NCBI GenBank assembly: GCA_016432325.1
Contig: CP066684.1
Span: 96,001 to 160,000, forward strand
DNA length: 64,000 bases
Direction of reading: 5' to 3'
DNA from: Candidatus Aenigmatarchaeota archaeon
Lineage (GTDB): Archaea; Aenigmatarchaeota; Aenigmatarchaeia; PWEA01; JACQIF01
The translations under genes and the position numbers were made by a program. This document shows positions 17,679-27,179 of this stretch, in pieces (the first letter of the stretch is position 1; each line of letters starts with the position of its first letter). Under the pieces are notes generated by a model. It worked only from the letters and a program-made list of their open reading frames with translations, ran no database searches and had not been told where the DNA came from.

Positions 17679-19981
17679 GTAAAGCGCAGATAGCAGAGAT
17701 GACGTGGATAGCCATAGGCGGCATACTGATGGTCGCCCTCGTGTTGGGTTTGACCGTTTCTGCGATTCTGGCCGGCCAGGCAGGCGACGCAGAGGACGAG
17801 GCGATAGGAGTCAAGACCGCGCTCGACTACTCCGACGATTACGGCTCGCTCGCGGCTCGTTCGTCGCTGCACGGCTCGCTATACGAGAACGGTTTGAACG
17901 GCGGCTTCTACACCGCCGCGCCGCCTGCAGGCACGGAAACGATAGGCGGCGTTGCGTACGTCTACTGGAAGAGGGGAGACACTACAGGAGTCCCATCCGC
18001 AGGCACTATCACAAAAGAACTGCATGCGGGAACGCAAGCCCTTTTTTCAAGCCACATTTCAAATGAGGGCGTTGAACTGCGAACTCCTCCGGGAGCCGCA
18101 GTCGCGCTCGATCTGGACACGTCAGGAGTTTCTGGGGAGTTCCGTGCTGAAATCGTAGACCGCGGCAAGGCGCCTGCGATAAGGATAGGAGGCGACGGCC
18201 GCGTCGCCGAAACAGAGAGCGTCGCAGCCCGTTACCTGCGGCTGCGCAGGGTCGGCGAAATACTCACGCAGCACTCCTCGGGTCTCATCGATTCGCGCGT
18301 CCACGATGCCGTTCGGAGCGTTCAAGACCACCAGACGAACAGCGAGAGCACATGCGGACCTTCTTCATGTGACGCGTCGCTCAACTCCTGCGGCGGCCAG
18401 GACCGCTTGTGCCCGGGTAACCAGATAAGCGGAGACCCGCACGCGGCCGCGCAGAGCGCCGTTACGTCATTACAGAATGACTTGAACGCGCGGTTCGCGT
18501 CAGAGAACATCCGCTTCGAGATTTCAGTCGTGAAAAACGCCGTGAACAAAGTTCCGATAACGCATGTCGAGGACAACAGCGGCTCTGGAACGTACTATCG
18601 TTGGCATACGACTGAGACAGAGCCGGTCGAGACGTGCAGACCCGCAACGACAGCCGACAAATGCGCCAGCATAAAGGGCGCCGGCTGCTTGACGAGAAGT
18701 AAGTGTACTACGGAATCAGGCAAGCCGACGAGGACGCGCGAGTGCACAGGAGGGAAGGTGTGTTGCCTGCTGCCGCCAGAGACGTCGCCTCGCGTGTGCA
18801 CGACAGCTCCGGGATCCACGACTTCGGACTGTTCCGCGAACGCGGCATACGCATGCCCCTGCGCGTACTGCGCGAACGCGCATTATGATATGGCCTATCA
18901 GTACGACTACACAGTTCGCGTCAGCGTGATAGATTCGAATGTTCAACTACTGACAAAAGACGGCCTGCAGAATCCGAAGATGGTCTTCCTTGTGGAAGGT
19001 TTGCACGTAGACGACAACGCGTGCGGCAGCGACGGCCACGACTGCGGCGCGCCGTTTGCGTCCACCACGCCTCTGGAGTCGGAGACCGTGAACTCCATCG
19101 ATTGGCTTACAGGCGTCTCGGAGACGCCTACGTCTTCTGGAGAGATTCCTCCGGAACTCGGCGGTCCTGAAGACGCTGTGTGGTTCGCTTACAACAGCGA
19201 GTCTTACGCGTGCACTGACAACATCCCGCTCTCTGCCGCATACTTCCACGGCAACCGCACGGCGTTCTACGAAATCGGCTGGAGCTTCAACAACGACCAT
19301 CCGAAGACGGCGAACGTGACGGCCACAGTCGCCCGTTTCGACGCTCATTCCTGCAACAATTTCGCTTCCTCGACAGACATCCGCACAGCCGCGTTCCATC
19401 TTGGTTCAGCGCGTGCGGGCACCGCGAACTCGGGGCTCTACACGATACGGATGAGCGCCTCTGATCTCAACGCATACAGGGACGGCTACGTTGTGAAGGT
19501 CGCGGTGGATTTGTACGACTCGGATACAGGCGCGCGCCTGCTGCAGAACACTACAACAGGATACTACGCCGTCTTGCCTGTCCCGAATTCGGAGTACAAC
19601 GTCAGGTGGACCAACCACTCGGACGGCGTCGCGCACTTCTACAAGGGCTTCACGCAGTCAGGGACATGGAGCAGCGCTGCTGCTAGGTGCGATGCGGACG
19701 AGGCCAGCCTTGCAACAATAACAAACGACGAGGAGAACACGCGAGCGTTCCTCGCCGCAGGCGTGCCCTCGAGCGGCCGATATTGGATTGGGGCCACGGA
19801 TACGGCTGCAGAAGGAACGTGGATATGGGTTACAGGAGAGCTCTGGAGCTTCACGAAATGGGCAGGCGGGCCGAGCGCCGAGGACTGCGCCGCCCTGATA
19901 GGTTCTACGACCACGCAGGCCAGCTACTGGGAATCTCTGGGTTGCGGTGTGCCCCAGACGGGCTTCGTCTGCGAAAAGTAA
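17675..19981 (+). CDS. Large pilin-like adhesin with Cys-rich insert and C-terminal C-type lectin domain
   Basis: MSKA/QIAEMTW; TWSSAAARC...LATITNDEEN...YWIGATD..EGTWIW.TGE...EDCAAL...GFVCE. Confidence 0.8.
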   Translation: MSKAQIAEMTWIAIGGILMVALVLGLTVSAILAGQAGDAEDEAIGVKTALDYSDDYGSLAARSSLHGSLYENGLNGGFYTAAPPAGTETIGGVAYVYWKRGDTTGVPSAGTITKELHAGTQALFSSHISNEGVELRTPPGAAVALDLDTSGVSGEFRAEIVDRGKAPAIRIGGDGRVAETESVAARYLRLRRVGEILTQHSSGLIDSRVHDAVRSVQDHQTNSESTCGPSSCDASLNSCGGQDRLCPGNQISGDPHAAAQSAVTSLQNDLNARFASENIRFEISVVKNAVNKVPITHVEDNSGSGTYYRWHTTETEPVETCRPATTADKCASIKGAGCLTRSKCTTESGKPTRTRECTGGKVCCLLPPETSPRVCTTAPGSTTSDCSANAAYACPCAYCANAHYDMAYQYDYTVRVSVIDSNVQLLTKDGLQNPKMVFLVEGLHVDDNACGSDGHDCGAPFASTTPLESETVNSIDWLTGVSETPTSSGEIPPELGGPEDAVWFAYNSESYACTDNIPLSAAYFHGNRTAFYEIGWSFNNDHPKTANVTATVARFDAHSCNNFASSTDIRTAAFHLGSARAGTANSGLYTIRMSASDLNAYRDGYVVKVAVDLYDSDTGARLLQNTTTGYYAVLPVPNSEYNVRWTNHSDGVAHFYKGFTQSGTWSSAAARCDADEASLATITNDEENTRAFLAAGVPSSGRYWIGATDTAAEGTWIWVTGELWSFTKWAGGPSAEDCAALIGSTTTQASYWESLGCGVPQTGFVCEK

Positions 19982-20326
19982 TCACTTCGAGGACTCCACT
20001 TCCCTTGTCCTTCTTTCCAGAAGCTTCCTGCAGTCTTCCGTGGTGTCGCCTATTTCATTTATGAGCGTCTTTTGTGAAGGCGTCGCTGTGAATAAGACTT
20101 TTCTCAGAAGAGTGTCGTAAGTATTCAGCCACGTTAAACACCGTTTCGCCTTTGAAATGAATCCCCTCCTAATCTCTTTGGGTTCCCACGCTCTTGAGGC
20201 CTTTTCCAGATTCTCGTGGAACTCCCTCTCGTTCTCGCGGAATGACTCGACGCAACTGTCTATGTCTGTCTCCTTTTCTATGCCCTTTGAAGACGGTTTG
20301 CGTCCGAAGATGTTAAAAAGTCCCAT
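19982..20326 (-). CDS. Hypothetical protein inserted antisense in pilin locus
   Basis: 114-aa charged ORF, visibly more AT-rich than its neighbours. Confidence 0.55.
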   Translation of the reverse strand: MGLFNIFGRKPSSKGIEKETDIDSCVESFRENEREFHENLEKASRAWEPKEIRRGFISKAKRCLTWLNTYDTLLRKVLFTATPSQKTLINEIGDTTEDCRKLLERRTREVESSK

Positions 20327-20385
20327 AGACTCATATTGGCCGCGAACTATTTAAATACCGCCGCATAATTTCACGCGGTTCTTCC

Positions 20386-22074
20386 ATGGCCAAGGAGATA
20401 CTCGCGGCAATGATAGTCGCAATAATCCTCATGCTGCTCGCCGTGACGTCAGGCTCGCTGTTCGTTGCGGAGGGCCAGGCCAAGGGCACGGCCTCGCTGA
20501 CCATCGCCAACGAGGCTACGTGCGCGCTCGCTCCGTGGCTGCAGGAGTGCAAGGAACTTGAAGAGAAGAAGGCGCGGGAGGAGGCGACAAGCGACTTGCA
20601 GAACGTGTTTATTGCGGCCGCGACGGACGCTGATAACGTGGAGCGAGACGCGTACACATATTCTTATGCAAAAGGTGAGACAATTTCAACAGGCGTCATC
20701 AACGACGATGCGGCAATCAAGACGGGCTCTGCCGTGACGGTTGTGCCTTACGGCACGAACAGACTCTTTGTTGCGTATGCGAGGAAAAGTCAGAGCAACA
20801 CGAACGACGAGGGTTATTATTATAGCGCGTACACCGTGAATCAGGATGGTAGCATATCCCCTTCGGGAAACGGTGTGATAGACGATAGATGCGATATGCA
20901 ATCCGAGCCTGCTATGGACGCGGCCGCTTTCGATAGCAACTCCGACGGCACCATAGACGGCATACTCGTGGGGCTGACGTGCAACGGCGACGGGTACGAT
21001 AACAGCGACCAGAACGATAACAATGACGAGTATACTTTCTACCGATACGTCATCCAAGAGGACGGTTCTCTGACAAGGCAGGACGCGGGCTCCGACAGGG
21101 TACCATCTTTCGTCGCTGAGAATGCGGCACAGCAGCATATTTACATAAAACCTTCCATTACGATGACGGCGTTTAGTTCTGCAGGCGGCGCGCCGAACAA
21201 GGTCTTTATAGCATATGCACGGGAGGCGGATGGCGGAGGAAAGCCCATAGGATCGCCAGGAGACTACTATGCCTACAGAATCTACGATCCATCCAACCCG
21301 CCACCTGCCACGGCGAACGGCTGGCAGGCGGGATGGAGGAACCTACATACAGGGAAGACCAACGATCAGGCCGCAGGCTCCAAGCCCTGCAGCTTGGGCA
21401 GCGGAAGTACGATAGACTCCGCGCTTTACACAGATAACGCCGCCAATTCCGTAATAGTCGCTTATGCGTGCATATCGGACAACAACAAGGACGGCGGGAA
21501 CGACAACTACGAATACAGAATATACAGCAGCGGCGCAGAGAACATTCAGGGCGTAAAGCCGTTGTCAGATGCCCGACAGATAGAAACGTCTCTAGATTTC
21601 ACAGCCGCCCCCGAAGATCGCGCTAACAGAGTCCATACGATAGCGGTTGCGAGAATCGGACATAGAAAATCCTTTGTCGTTTATACGGAAACGATAAGTA
21701 ATCGTAATGGCAACGGTCCCGGACGCTACAAATATCGGGTTATCGATAACGGAGTGCTGACGCCAGAAGGTGACGCGCCAGACCTGCACGGTGGGGACTG
21801 CCACATATGGGATCCAAACGAGGATCTCTCCGGAGCGGGACCAAAAAAACAGCGAGGCGGAGCCTCGGTAAGCCTGTCGTATGACGTGCAGGGAAATAAG
21901 GTCGTCGCAATATACTCTTGTGATTCTGACGGCAAAGGTTCGCAGGACTCCTACAGCTACGCAATCTATAATGTCGCCACAAATGTTATAGAGAAGAGAG
22001 GCTATGCCATAACTCCTGCACAATTGGACAACGGCCCGTCAGTCGCGAGCGTCTACGTGCCAGGAGGCGGCTAG
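20386..22074 (+). CDS. Membrane-anchored/pilin-like protein with putative beta-propeller
   Basis: N-terminal TM; about seven repeats of 'hVAYa...D.Y.YrhY'. Confidence 0.7.
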   Translation: MAKEILAAMIVAIILMLLAVTSGSLFVAEGQAKGTASLTIANEATCALAPWLQECKELEEKKAREEATSDLQNVFIAAATDADNVERDAYTYSYAKGETISTGVINDDAAIKTGSAVTVVPYGTNRLFVAYARKSQSNTNDEGYYYSAYTVNQDGSISPSGNGVIDDRCDMQSEPAMDAAAFDSNSDGTIDGILVGLTCNGDGYDNSDQNDNNDEYTFYRYVIQEDGSLTRQDAGSDRVPSFVAENAAQQHIYIKPSITMTAFSSAGGAPNKVFIAYAREADGGGKPIGSPGDYYAYRIYDPSNPPPATANGWQAGWRNLHTGKTNDQAAGSKPCSLGSGSTIDSALYTDNAANSVIVAYACISDNNKDGGNDNYEYRIYSSGAENIQGVKPLSDARQIETSLDFTAAPEDRANRVHTIAVARIGHRKSFVVYTETISNRNGNGPGRYKYRVIDNGVLTPEGDAPDLHGGDCHIWDPNEDLSGAGPKKQRGGASVSLSYDVQGNKVVAIYSCDSDGKGSQDSYSYAIYNVATNVIEKRGYAITPAQLDNGPSVASVYVPGGG

Positions 22075-22380
22075 ATGTCCCGCAAAGGACTCGAACTGCC
22101 GACCAACACTCTCATAGTCATGGCCGTCGCAATCGTGGTACTGCTGGTCATGATAGTGTTCTTCACCAGCTCGTCGCAAACGTCCACCGGCGCCACAGAA
22201 CTGCAGAACCGCTTCCGTTCGGAATGCGTGACGTTCGTCAGCAGGAACTGTTGCGTGTCCGGGACGGACGTCACGTCCGGCACGTGCGACGCGTCTGCCG
22301 TGGCGCCGAGCGCAGGACTGGCCATCGGAACGACGGACGACACAAAGATAAAAGAGGCATGCTGCATAATCAAGCCATAG
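22075..22380 (+). CDS. Type IV pilin, 6-Cys head
   Basis: MSRKG/LELPTNTLIV; C..CC..C..CC. Confidence 0.8.
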   Translation: MSRKGLELPTNTLIVMAVAIVVLLVMIVFFTSSSQTSTGATELQNRFRSECVTFVSRNCCVSGTDVTSGTCDASAVAPSAGLAIGTTDDTKIKEACCIIKP

Positions 22381-22388
22381 GTGTTTGG

Positions 22389-22682
22389 ATGTCAAAGAAA
22401 GGAATCGAACTGCCGGTGAACGCGCTGATAATCATGTTCCTGGCCGTGGTAGTTCTTGCCGGAGTCATCGCGATATACACGGGTGTCTGGCAGCCGTCCC
22501 AAAAGACGACGACGCAGGCCTCGGATTTCAACGCCGAATGCGCGAAGTACTCGGCTATTGGATGCTGTGGTGACGATACGCTGTCTGGATGCTCCACGCA
22601 GAAGAGCCAGGTCGTGAGCAAAGCATCGACGTTGGGAATAACGAGCGCGGCAGACGCCGTCAAGCGCTGCTGCGGCGAGTGA
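22389..22682 (+). CDS. Type IV pilin, 6-Cys head (paralog)
   Basis: MSKKG/IELPVNALII; YTGVWQP; C..CC..C..CC. Confidence 0.8.
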   Translation: MSKKGIELPVNALIIMFLAVVVLAGVIAIYTGVWQPSQKTTTQASDFNAECAKYSAIGCCGDDTLSGCSTQKSQVVSKASTLGITSAADAVKRCCGE

Positions 22683-22686
22683 TACC

Positions 22687-23019
22687 ATGGACAACAAGGG
22701 AGCTGAGATAGCGGTCAATGCCGTGATAGTCATGGTGCTCGCGGTGCTGGTTCTGGGAGCGGCCATAGGAATCTTCACAGGAGTCTGGAACCCGGGCAAG
22801 AAGACCACAGAAGGCATAGGCGACTTCAGCTCCGCGTGCGGCTCTTTCGCGGCAGCCGGATGCTGCAGGGACCCGCCTGCGGGCGGCTCTCTGCCTGCGA
22901 CGTGTACGGACACCGCAACAGCCGGCACGCTGGCCAAGAAGCTGCTCGATGCGGCAGGCGGCTTGGGTCTTTCTGCGACAGATTTCCCCGCGGCAAAGGA
23001 AAGGTGCTGCAAGGGCTAG
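22687..23019 (+). CDS. Type IV pilin, 6-Cys head (paralog)
   Basis: MDNKG/AEIAVNAVIV; FTGVWNP; C..CC..C..CC. Confidence 0.8.
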   Translation: MDNKGAEIAVNAVIVMVLAVLVLGAAIGIFTGVWNPGKKTTEGIGDFSSACGSFAAAGCCRDPPAGGSLPATCTDTATAGTLAKKLLDAAGGLGLSATDFPAAKERCCKG

Positions 23020-23130
23020 ATTTGGGCGCAGACAACCCCACCAAAACCTTTAAAAAGACCTGTGTGGAACAGAAAGCAGTAAAATTGAAGGGTGTAATAC
23101 TCTGGTTTTACGTTAAGGAGTTGACAATCG

Positions 23131-23196
23131 ATGCCTGAAATTTCCGAAACAAGTTTCGTCATTCCAGCCATGGGAGGTTTGAGATATGCCTGAAAT
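23131..23196 (+). repeat. 66-bp leader repeat, copy 1 (20-codon uORF 23131-23193)
   Basis: 64/66 identical to 28374-28439. Confidence 0.9.
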
Positions 23197-23902
23197 CCCC
23201 GGAATGGGAAAACTGGGATACGACCGCGCAATAGTCACGTTCAGCCCCGATGGACGACTATTCCAAGTCGAGTACGCACGAGAGGCAGTTAAGAGAGGTT
23301 CGACTGCCGTAGGAATCACATTCAATGGCGGAGTCGTTCTGGCTTCCGTTCGCCTTGCAGACCCGCTGAGCGCGTCAGGCACCACGAACGAGAAGATACA
23401 GCAGGTAGACGATCACATAGGAATCGTTGCAGCGGGGCTCCTCGGAGACGCGCGCGTGCTCGTCGACAAGGCCCGCGTCAAGTCGCAGGTTCACAGAATA
23501 ACATATGACGAATCGATAGACGTTCCGGGTCTCGTCCGCTTCCTCGCCGACCTCAAGCAGGCTCACACGCAGTATGCCGGTCTGCGTCCGATGGGAGTAT
23601 CGTTCCTGATAGGAGGCGTCAACGATAATGCGTATCTGTTCGAAACCGATCAGGGCGGCTCGATATTCCAGTGGAACGCGCACGTCATAGGAAGAGGCGC
23701 GGACATCGTGCGCAAGGGATTGGAGAAGGACTGGAAGGCGGGCATGGACAGGAAGACTGCCATAGACGTCGCCGTACGCACGCTGAAGAAGGCCGAGAAA
23801 GACATATCGAAAGACAACATAGAAGTCGTAGTCGTCGACAAGGCAAAGGGATTCCAGAAGCTGTCTGGAAAGGACAGAACCGAGGCCTTGAAGAGTTGGT
23901 GA
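23186..23902 (+). CDS. psmA: Proteasome alpha subunit
   Basis: GYDRAIVTFSPDGRLFQVEYAREAV signature. Confidence 0.97.
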   Translation: MPEIPGMGKLGYDRAIVTFSPDGRLFQVEYAREAVKRGSTAVGITFNGGVVLASVRLADPLSASGTTNEKIQQVDDHIGIVAAGLLGDARVLVDKARVKSQVHRITYDESIDVPGLVRFLADLKQAHTQYAGLRPMGVSFLIGGVNDNAYLFETDQGGSIFQWNAHVIGRGADIVRKGLEKDWKAGMDRKTAIDVAVRTLKKAEKDISKDNIEVVVVDKAKGFQKLSGKDRTEALKSW

Positions 23903-24020
23903 GAAAATAGCATGCAGCCAAAGCGCCATTCCTTCTGTGGGTATCGGCGCGGAGGCAAAACGTAAAAACGAAACGCACGAAGCGTTTCAATCTTGCCGCG
24001 TTATGCGGCAAAGTGATTCG

Positions 24021-24719
24021 ATGGTAAGCACGGAGAAAGCGGTTGTTGCACGTCTAGAGTCACACGGGAAAAAGTTCGAGATACTCGTCGATCCGGACGC
24101 AGCGGTTCGGGTCAAGAAGGGAGACGACGTCACGGTCAAAGACCTCGTGGTGTATGAAAACGTCTACGAGGATGCAAAGAAGGGTACGCGGCACACCGAC
24201 GCGGACGTGCGTGCCGTGTTCGGCACGCAGGACTTCAAGGAGATCGCGTACCGCATAATCCGCAAGGGCGAAGTGCAGTTAACGACCGACCAGCGGAGGA
24301 AGATGAAGGAAGCGAAGGTCCTCGAAATTGCGGCGCTGATATCCAAGCGCGCCGTCGATCCGAAGACCAAGGCGCCCCATCCCGCGCAGAGAATCATAAA
24401 CGCGATGGAGCAGGCTCACGTGAATGTGAACGAATACGAGCCGGCCGTGTCGCAGGTGGAGCGCGTGATAGACGCGTTGCGGCCGATACTGCCGTTGAGC
24501 GTGGAACAGCTGGACTTGCAGGTTCGCATCCCGGCGTCGTACGTGGGAAAAGCGTACGGCCGCGTGCGCGATTTCGGCCACCTGAAAAAAGAGGAGTGGC
24601 GAAGCGACGGCTCATGGGTCGGCACGGTGGAAATTCCCGCCGGCATGCAGGGAGACTTCTACAGTCTCCTGAGCGGCCTGACTCACGGGGAAGGAGAGGC
24701 AAAGCCTCTCGCAAAATAA
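24021..24719 (+). CDS. Ribosome maturation factor SBDS/Sdo1
   Basis: MVSTEKAVVARLESHGKKFEILVDP, GEVQLT and PHP motifs; superoperon position. Confidence 0.95.
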   Translation: MVSTEKAVVARLESHGKKFEILVDPDAAVRVKKGDDVTVKDLVVYENVYEDAKKGTRHTDADVRAVFGTQDFKEIAYRIIRKGEVQLTTDQRRKMKEAKVLEIAALISKRAVDPKTKAPHPAQRIINAMEQAHVNVNEYEPAVSQVERVIDALRPILPLSVEQLDLQVRIPASYVGKAYGRVRDFGHLKKEEWRSDGSWVGTVEIPAGMQGDFYSLLSGLTHGEGEAKPLAK

Positions 24720-24745
24720 CGATCAAAACACGAGGTGTATGAAAG

Positions 24746-25492
24746 ATGAATGGAACTATGGAAGAGAACGTGGAGAGCGCGCCGGCGCCTATGGATCCCG
24801 GAAGCGTTCTGATTGCAAGCAACAAGAGTATCGTCGTACCGGGCGAGCTCATCGCCAAAGGCGTTGACTTCTTGCCGGGCAGCGGCACGTATAAGGAAGC
24901 CGGAGAAGTGCGCTCGAAGGTTCTGGGCCTCGTCCGCATAAAGAGCGACAGGCTCATCAGCGTCGTCCCTCTTTCTGGCCAGTACATGCCTTTCGCAGGC
25001 GACGGAGTGATCGCAGTCATCGCGGACGTTCAGATATCGTCCTGGATGGCCGACGTCAACGCGCCTTACGTGGCGTTCTTGTCGCTCTCCGAGGGCGTAG
25101 AGGAGTACGTCGACTTGCAGAAGTCTGACCTCACGCACTACTACGACGTGGGCGACGTGATATACGCCAAGGTGCTGAGCGTTTCGAAACGCAAGGACGT
25201 GAAGCTCACGATGAGAGATCGCATGTGTCGCAAACTTCACGGCGGCAACACGATGAAAATAACGCCGACGAAGGTCCCGCGCCTGATAGGCAAGGGCGGT
25301 TCGATGATAGAACTGATAAAGCAGAAGACCGGATGCCACATAATCGTCGGCCAGAACGGCCTGGTCTGGATAAAAGGAGAAAAACAGGATCTGGCCGCGG
25401 AAGCCGTGCTGCTCGTTGAACGCGAGAGCCACGTGGAAGGGCTGACGGATCGCATGACGGCCTTTCTCGATTCGATACAGCAGGTGATATGA
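24746..25492 (+). CDS. rrp4: Exosome RNA-binding subunit Rrp4
   Basis: IVVPGE; S1 plus KH domains (KVPRLIGKGGSMI, IVGQNGLVWI). Confidence 0.95.
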   Translation: MNGTMEENVESAPAPMDPGSVLIASNKSIVVPGELIAKGVDFLPGSGTYKEAGEVRSKVLGLVRIKSDRLISVVPLSGQYMPFAGDGVIAVIADVQISSWMADVNAPYVAFLSLSEGVEEYVDLQKSDLTHYYDVGDVIYAKVLSVSKRKDVKLTMRDRMCRKLHGGNTMKITPTKVPRLIGKGGSMIELIKQKTGCHIIVGQNGLVWIKGEKQDLAAEAVLLVERESHVEGLTDRMTAFLDSIQQVI

Positions 25493-25493
25493 T

Positions 25494-26264
25494 ATGAGCG
25501 AAGAACACAAGAAGATTATTGTTGGAGACAGAAGGCCCGACGGCCGCGCACTCGACGAGATGAGACCCATAACAGCCAAGGCGGGCGTGATTTCGCGCGC
25601 CAACGGCTCCGCGCATTTCGCCATGGGCAGTACCGTCGCAATCGCCGCGGCATACGGCCCGCGCGAGCTGCACCCCAAACACCTGCAGGACCCGGTCCGT
25701 GCGTATCTCAAGTACGTCTACGCCATGGCGCCGTTCTCCACGCAAGATCGCGTAAAGCCCGGCCCGTCAAGACGCTCGACTGAGATAAGCGAAGTCTCTC
25801 GACAGGCGTTCAACTCCGTGATATTCCTGGAGGAGTTCCCCAAGGCAGGGATTGAAGTCTTCGTCGAGATACTGCAGGCCAACGCCTCGACGCGATGCGC
25901 AGGAATAAACGCCGCGTCAATCGCGCTCGCCGACGCAGGCGTGCCGATGACCGATCTCGTATCCTCCTGCGCCGCAGGCAAGGTCGACGGAAAGATAATC
26001 CTGGACGTCGCGGGAGAGGAAGACACGGAAGGAGAAGTGGACATGCCGATAGCGTACATACCCCGCAAGGACGAGATCGCGCTGCTCCAGATGGACGGCC
26101 TGCTGACTCTCGACGAGTTTAAGGAGGCGCTTGAACTGGCGAAGAAAGGCTGCATGCAGATACACGAAAAGCAGGTGGCCGCGCTGAAGGAGCGCTACGT
26201 GCGCGTCGCCTCTGAGATAGCGAAGAAGGGGCCTGTGCGCGAGAGCGCAGAAGAGGTGGCTTAA
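25494..26264 (+). CDS. rrp41: Exosome catalytic subunit Rrp41
   Basis: RPDGR, YGPRE, RRSTEIS, TRCAGINA and LQMDG motifs. Confidence 0.95.
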   Translation: MSEEHKKIIVGDRRPDGRALDEMRPITAKAGVISRANGSAHFAMGSTVAIAAAYGPRELHPKHLQDPVRAYLKYVYAMAPFSTQDRVKPGPSRRSTEISEVSRQAFNSVIFLEEFPKAGIEVFVEILQANASTRCAGINAASIALADAGVPMTDLVSSCAAGKVDGKIILDVAGEEDTEGEVDMPIAYIPRKDEIALLQMDGLLTLDEFKEALELAKKGCMQIHEKQVAALKERYVRVASEIAKKGPVRESAEEVA

Positions 26265-26335
26265 ATGATAACCAAAATCTTGAAACTCTGTTTCAAATTT
26301 TCGTACCAGAGGTGGATGATATGATAACGAAAATC
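26252..26335 (+). repeat. Duplicated translation-initiation region flanking a GAAAC/GTTTC hairpin; 19-aa coupled ORF 26265-26324
   Basis: 26252-26279 vs 26308-26335 match 24/28 (RBS plus MITKI). Confidence 0.8.
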
Positions 26336-27109
26336 GACAAGGAATTCATAAAAACGCTCGCCCGCGAAGGCAAGCGCGAAGACGGCCGCGCGTTCGACCA
26401 GTTCCGCGACCTGAAAATCGAGACGGGCTTCGCCAAGAACGCAGAAGGCTCGGCGCTCGTGACTCTCGGAGAAACGCGCGTGCTCGCAGGCGTGAAGCTT
26501 TCGGTCGGAACGCCGTTCGCCGACACGGCGAACGAGGGCGTGCTGATGGTGAACGCAGAGCTTGGCCCGAAGGCTTCGCCTGAATTCGAGACAGGCCCTC
26601 CGAAAGAAGGAGCCATCGAACTGGCCCGCGTCATAGACCGCGGCATCCGCGAATCGAAGTGCATCGATCTGGAAGCGCTTTGCATCACGCCGAAGGAAAA
26701 GGTCTGGATGGTGTCGGTGGATATAGACCCGATAAACGACGGCGGGAACATACTGGACGCCGCAGGCATAGCCGCGATTGCCGCACTGCACGACGTCAAG
26801 ATACCGAAACTCGACGAGGATGTAAGACCAATATTCGGCACGAACTCGGGAAAGCTCAAGCTGCGTCACATACCGATACCCGTCACGACATTCAAGGTCA
26901 ACGGGGCGCTCGTGATGGACCCTGACTTCGAGGAAGAAGCGTCTGCCGAGGCGCGTCTGACCGTGACGAGCGTCGAGGGTTTCCTCTGCGCGATGCAGAA
27001 GGGCGGCGAGAGCAACTTCAAGACAGAAGAGGTAGTGCGTGCCGCAGAGACGGCGTACGCCAAGGCGACGGAACTGCGTGAAGTCGTAAAACAGGCCGTC
27101 GGCCTTTGA
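26321..27109 (+). CDS. rrp42: Exosome subunit Rrp42
   Basis: REDGR, AEGSALVTLG, ELARVIDRGIRES, DGGNILDA and QKGG motifs. Confidence 0.95.
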   Translation: MITKIDKEFIKTLAREGKREDGRAFDQFRDLKIETGFAKNAEGSALVTLGETRVLAGVKLSVGTPFADTANEGVLMVNAELGPKASPEFETGPPKEGAIELARVIDRGIRESKCIDLEALCITPKEKVWMVSVDIDPINDGGNILDAAGIAAIAALHDVKIPKLDEDVRPIFGTNSGKLKLRHIPIPVTTFKVNGALVMDPDFEEEASAEARLTVTSVEGFLCAMQKGGESNFKTEEVVRAAETAYAKATELREVVKQAVGL

Positions 27110-27179
27110 CGTTTTACACTTCCCGCAGGAAGCTGTATATGCTTAAATAGCCTACATTGAAACAGAATCACGTGATGAT

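Noticed and set aside
5766-23019. Archaellum (motility) locus
   Set aside because: No recognisable archaellin, ArlH, ArlF/G or chemotaxis genes; composition fits an adhesive pilus
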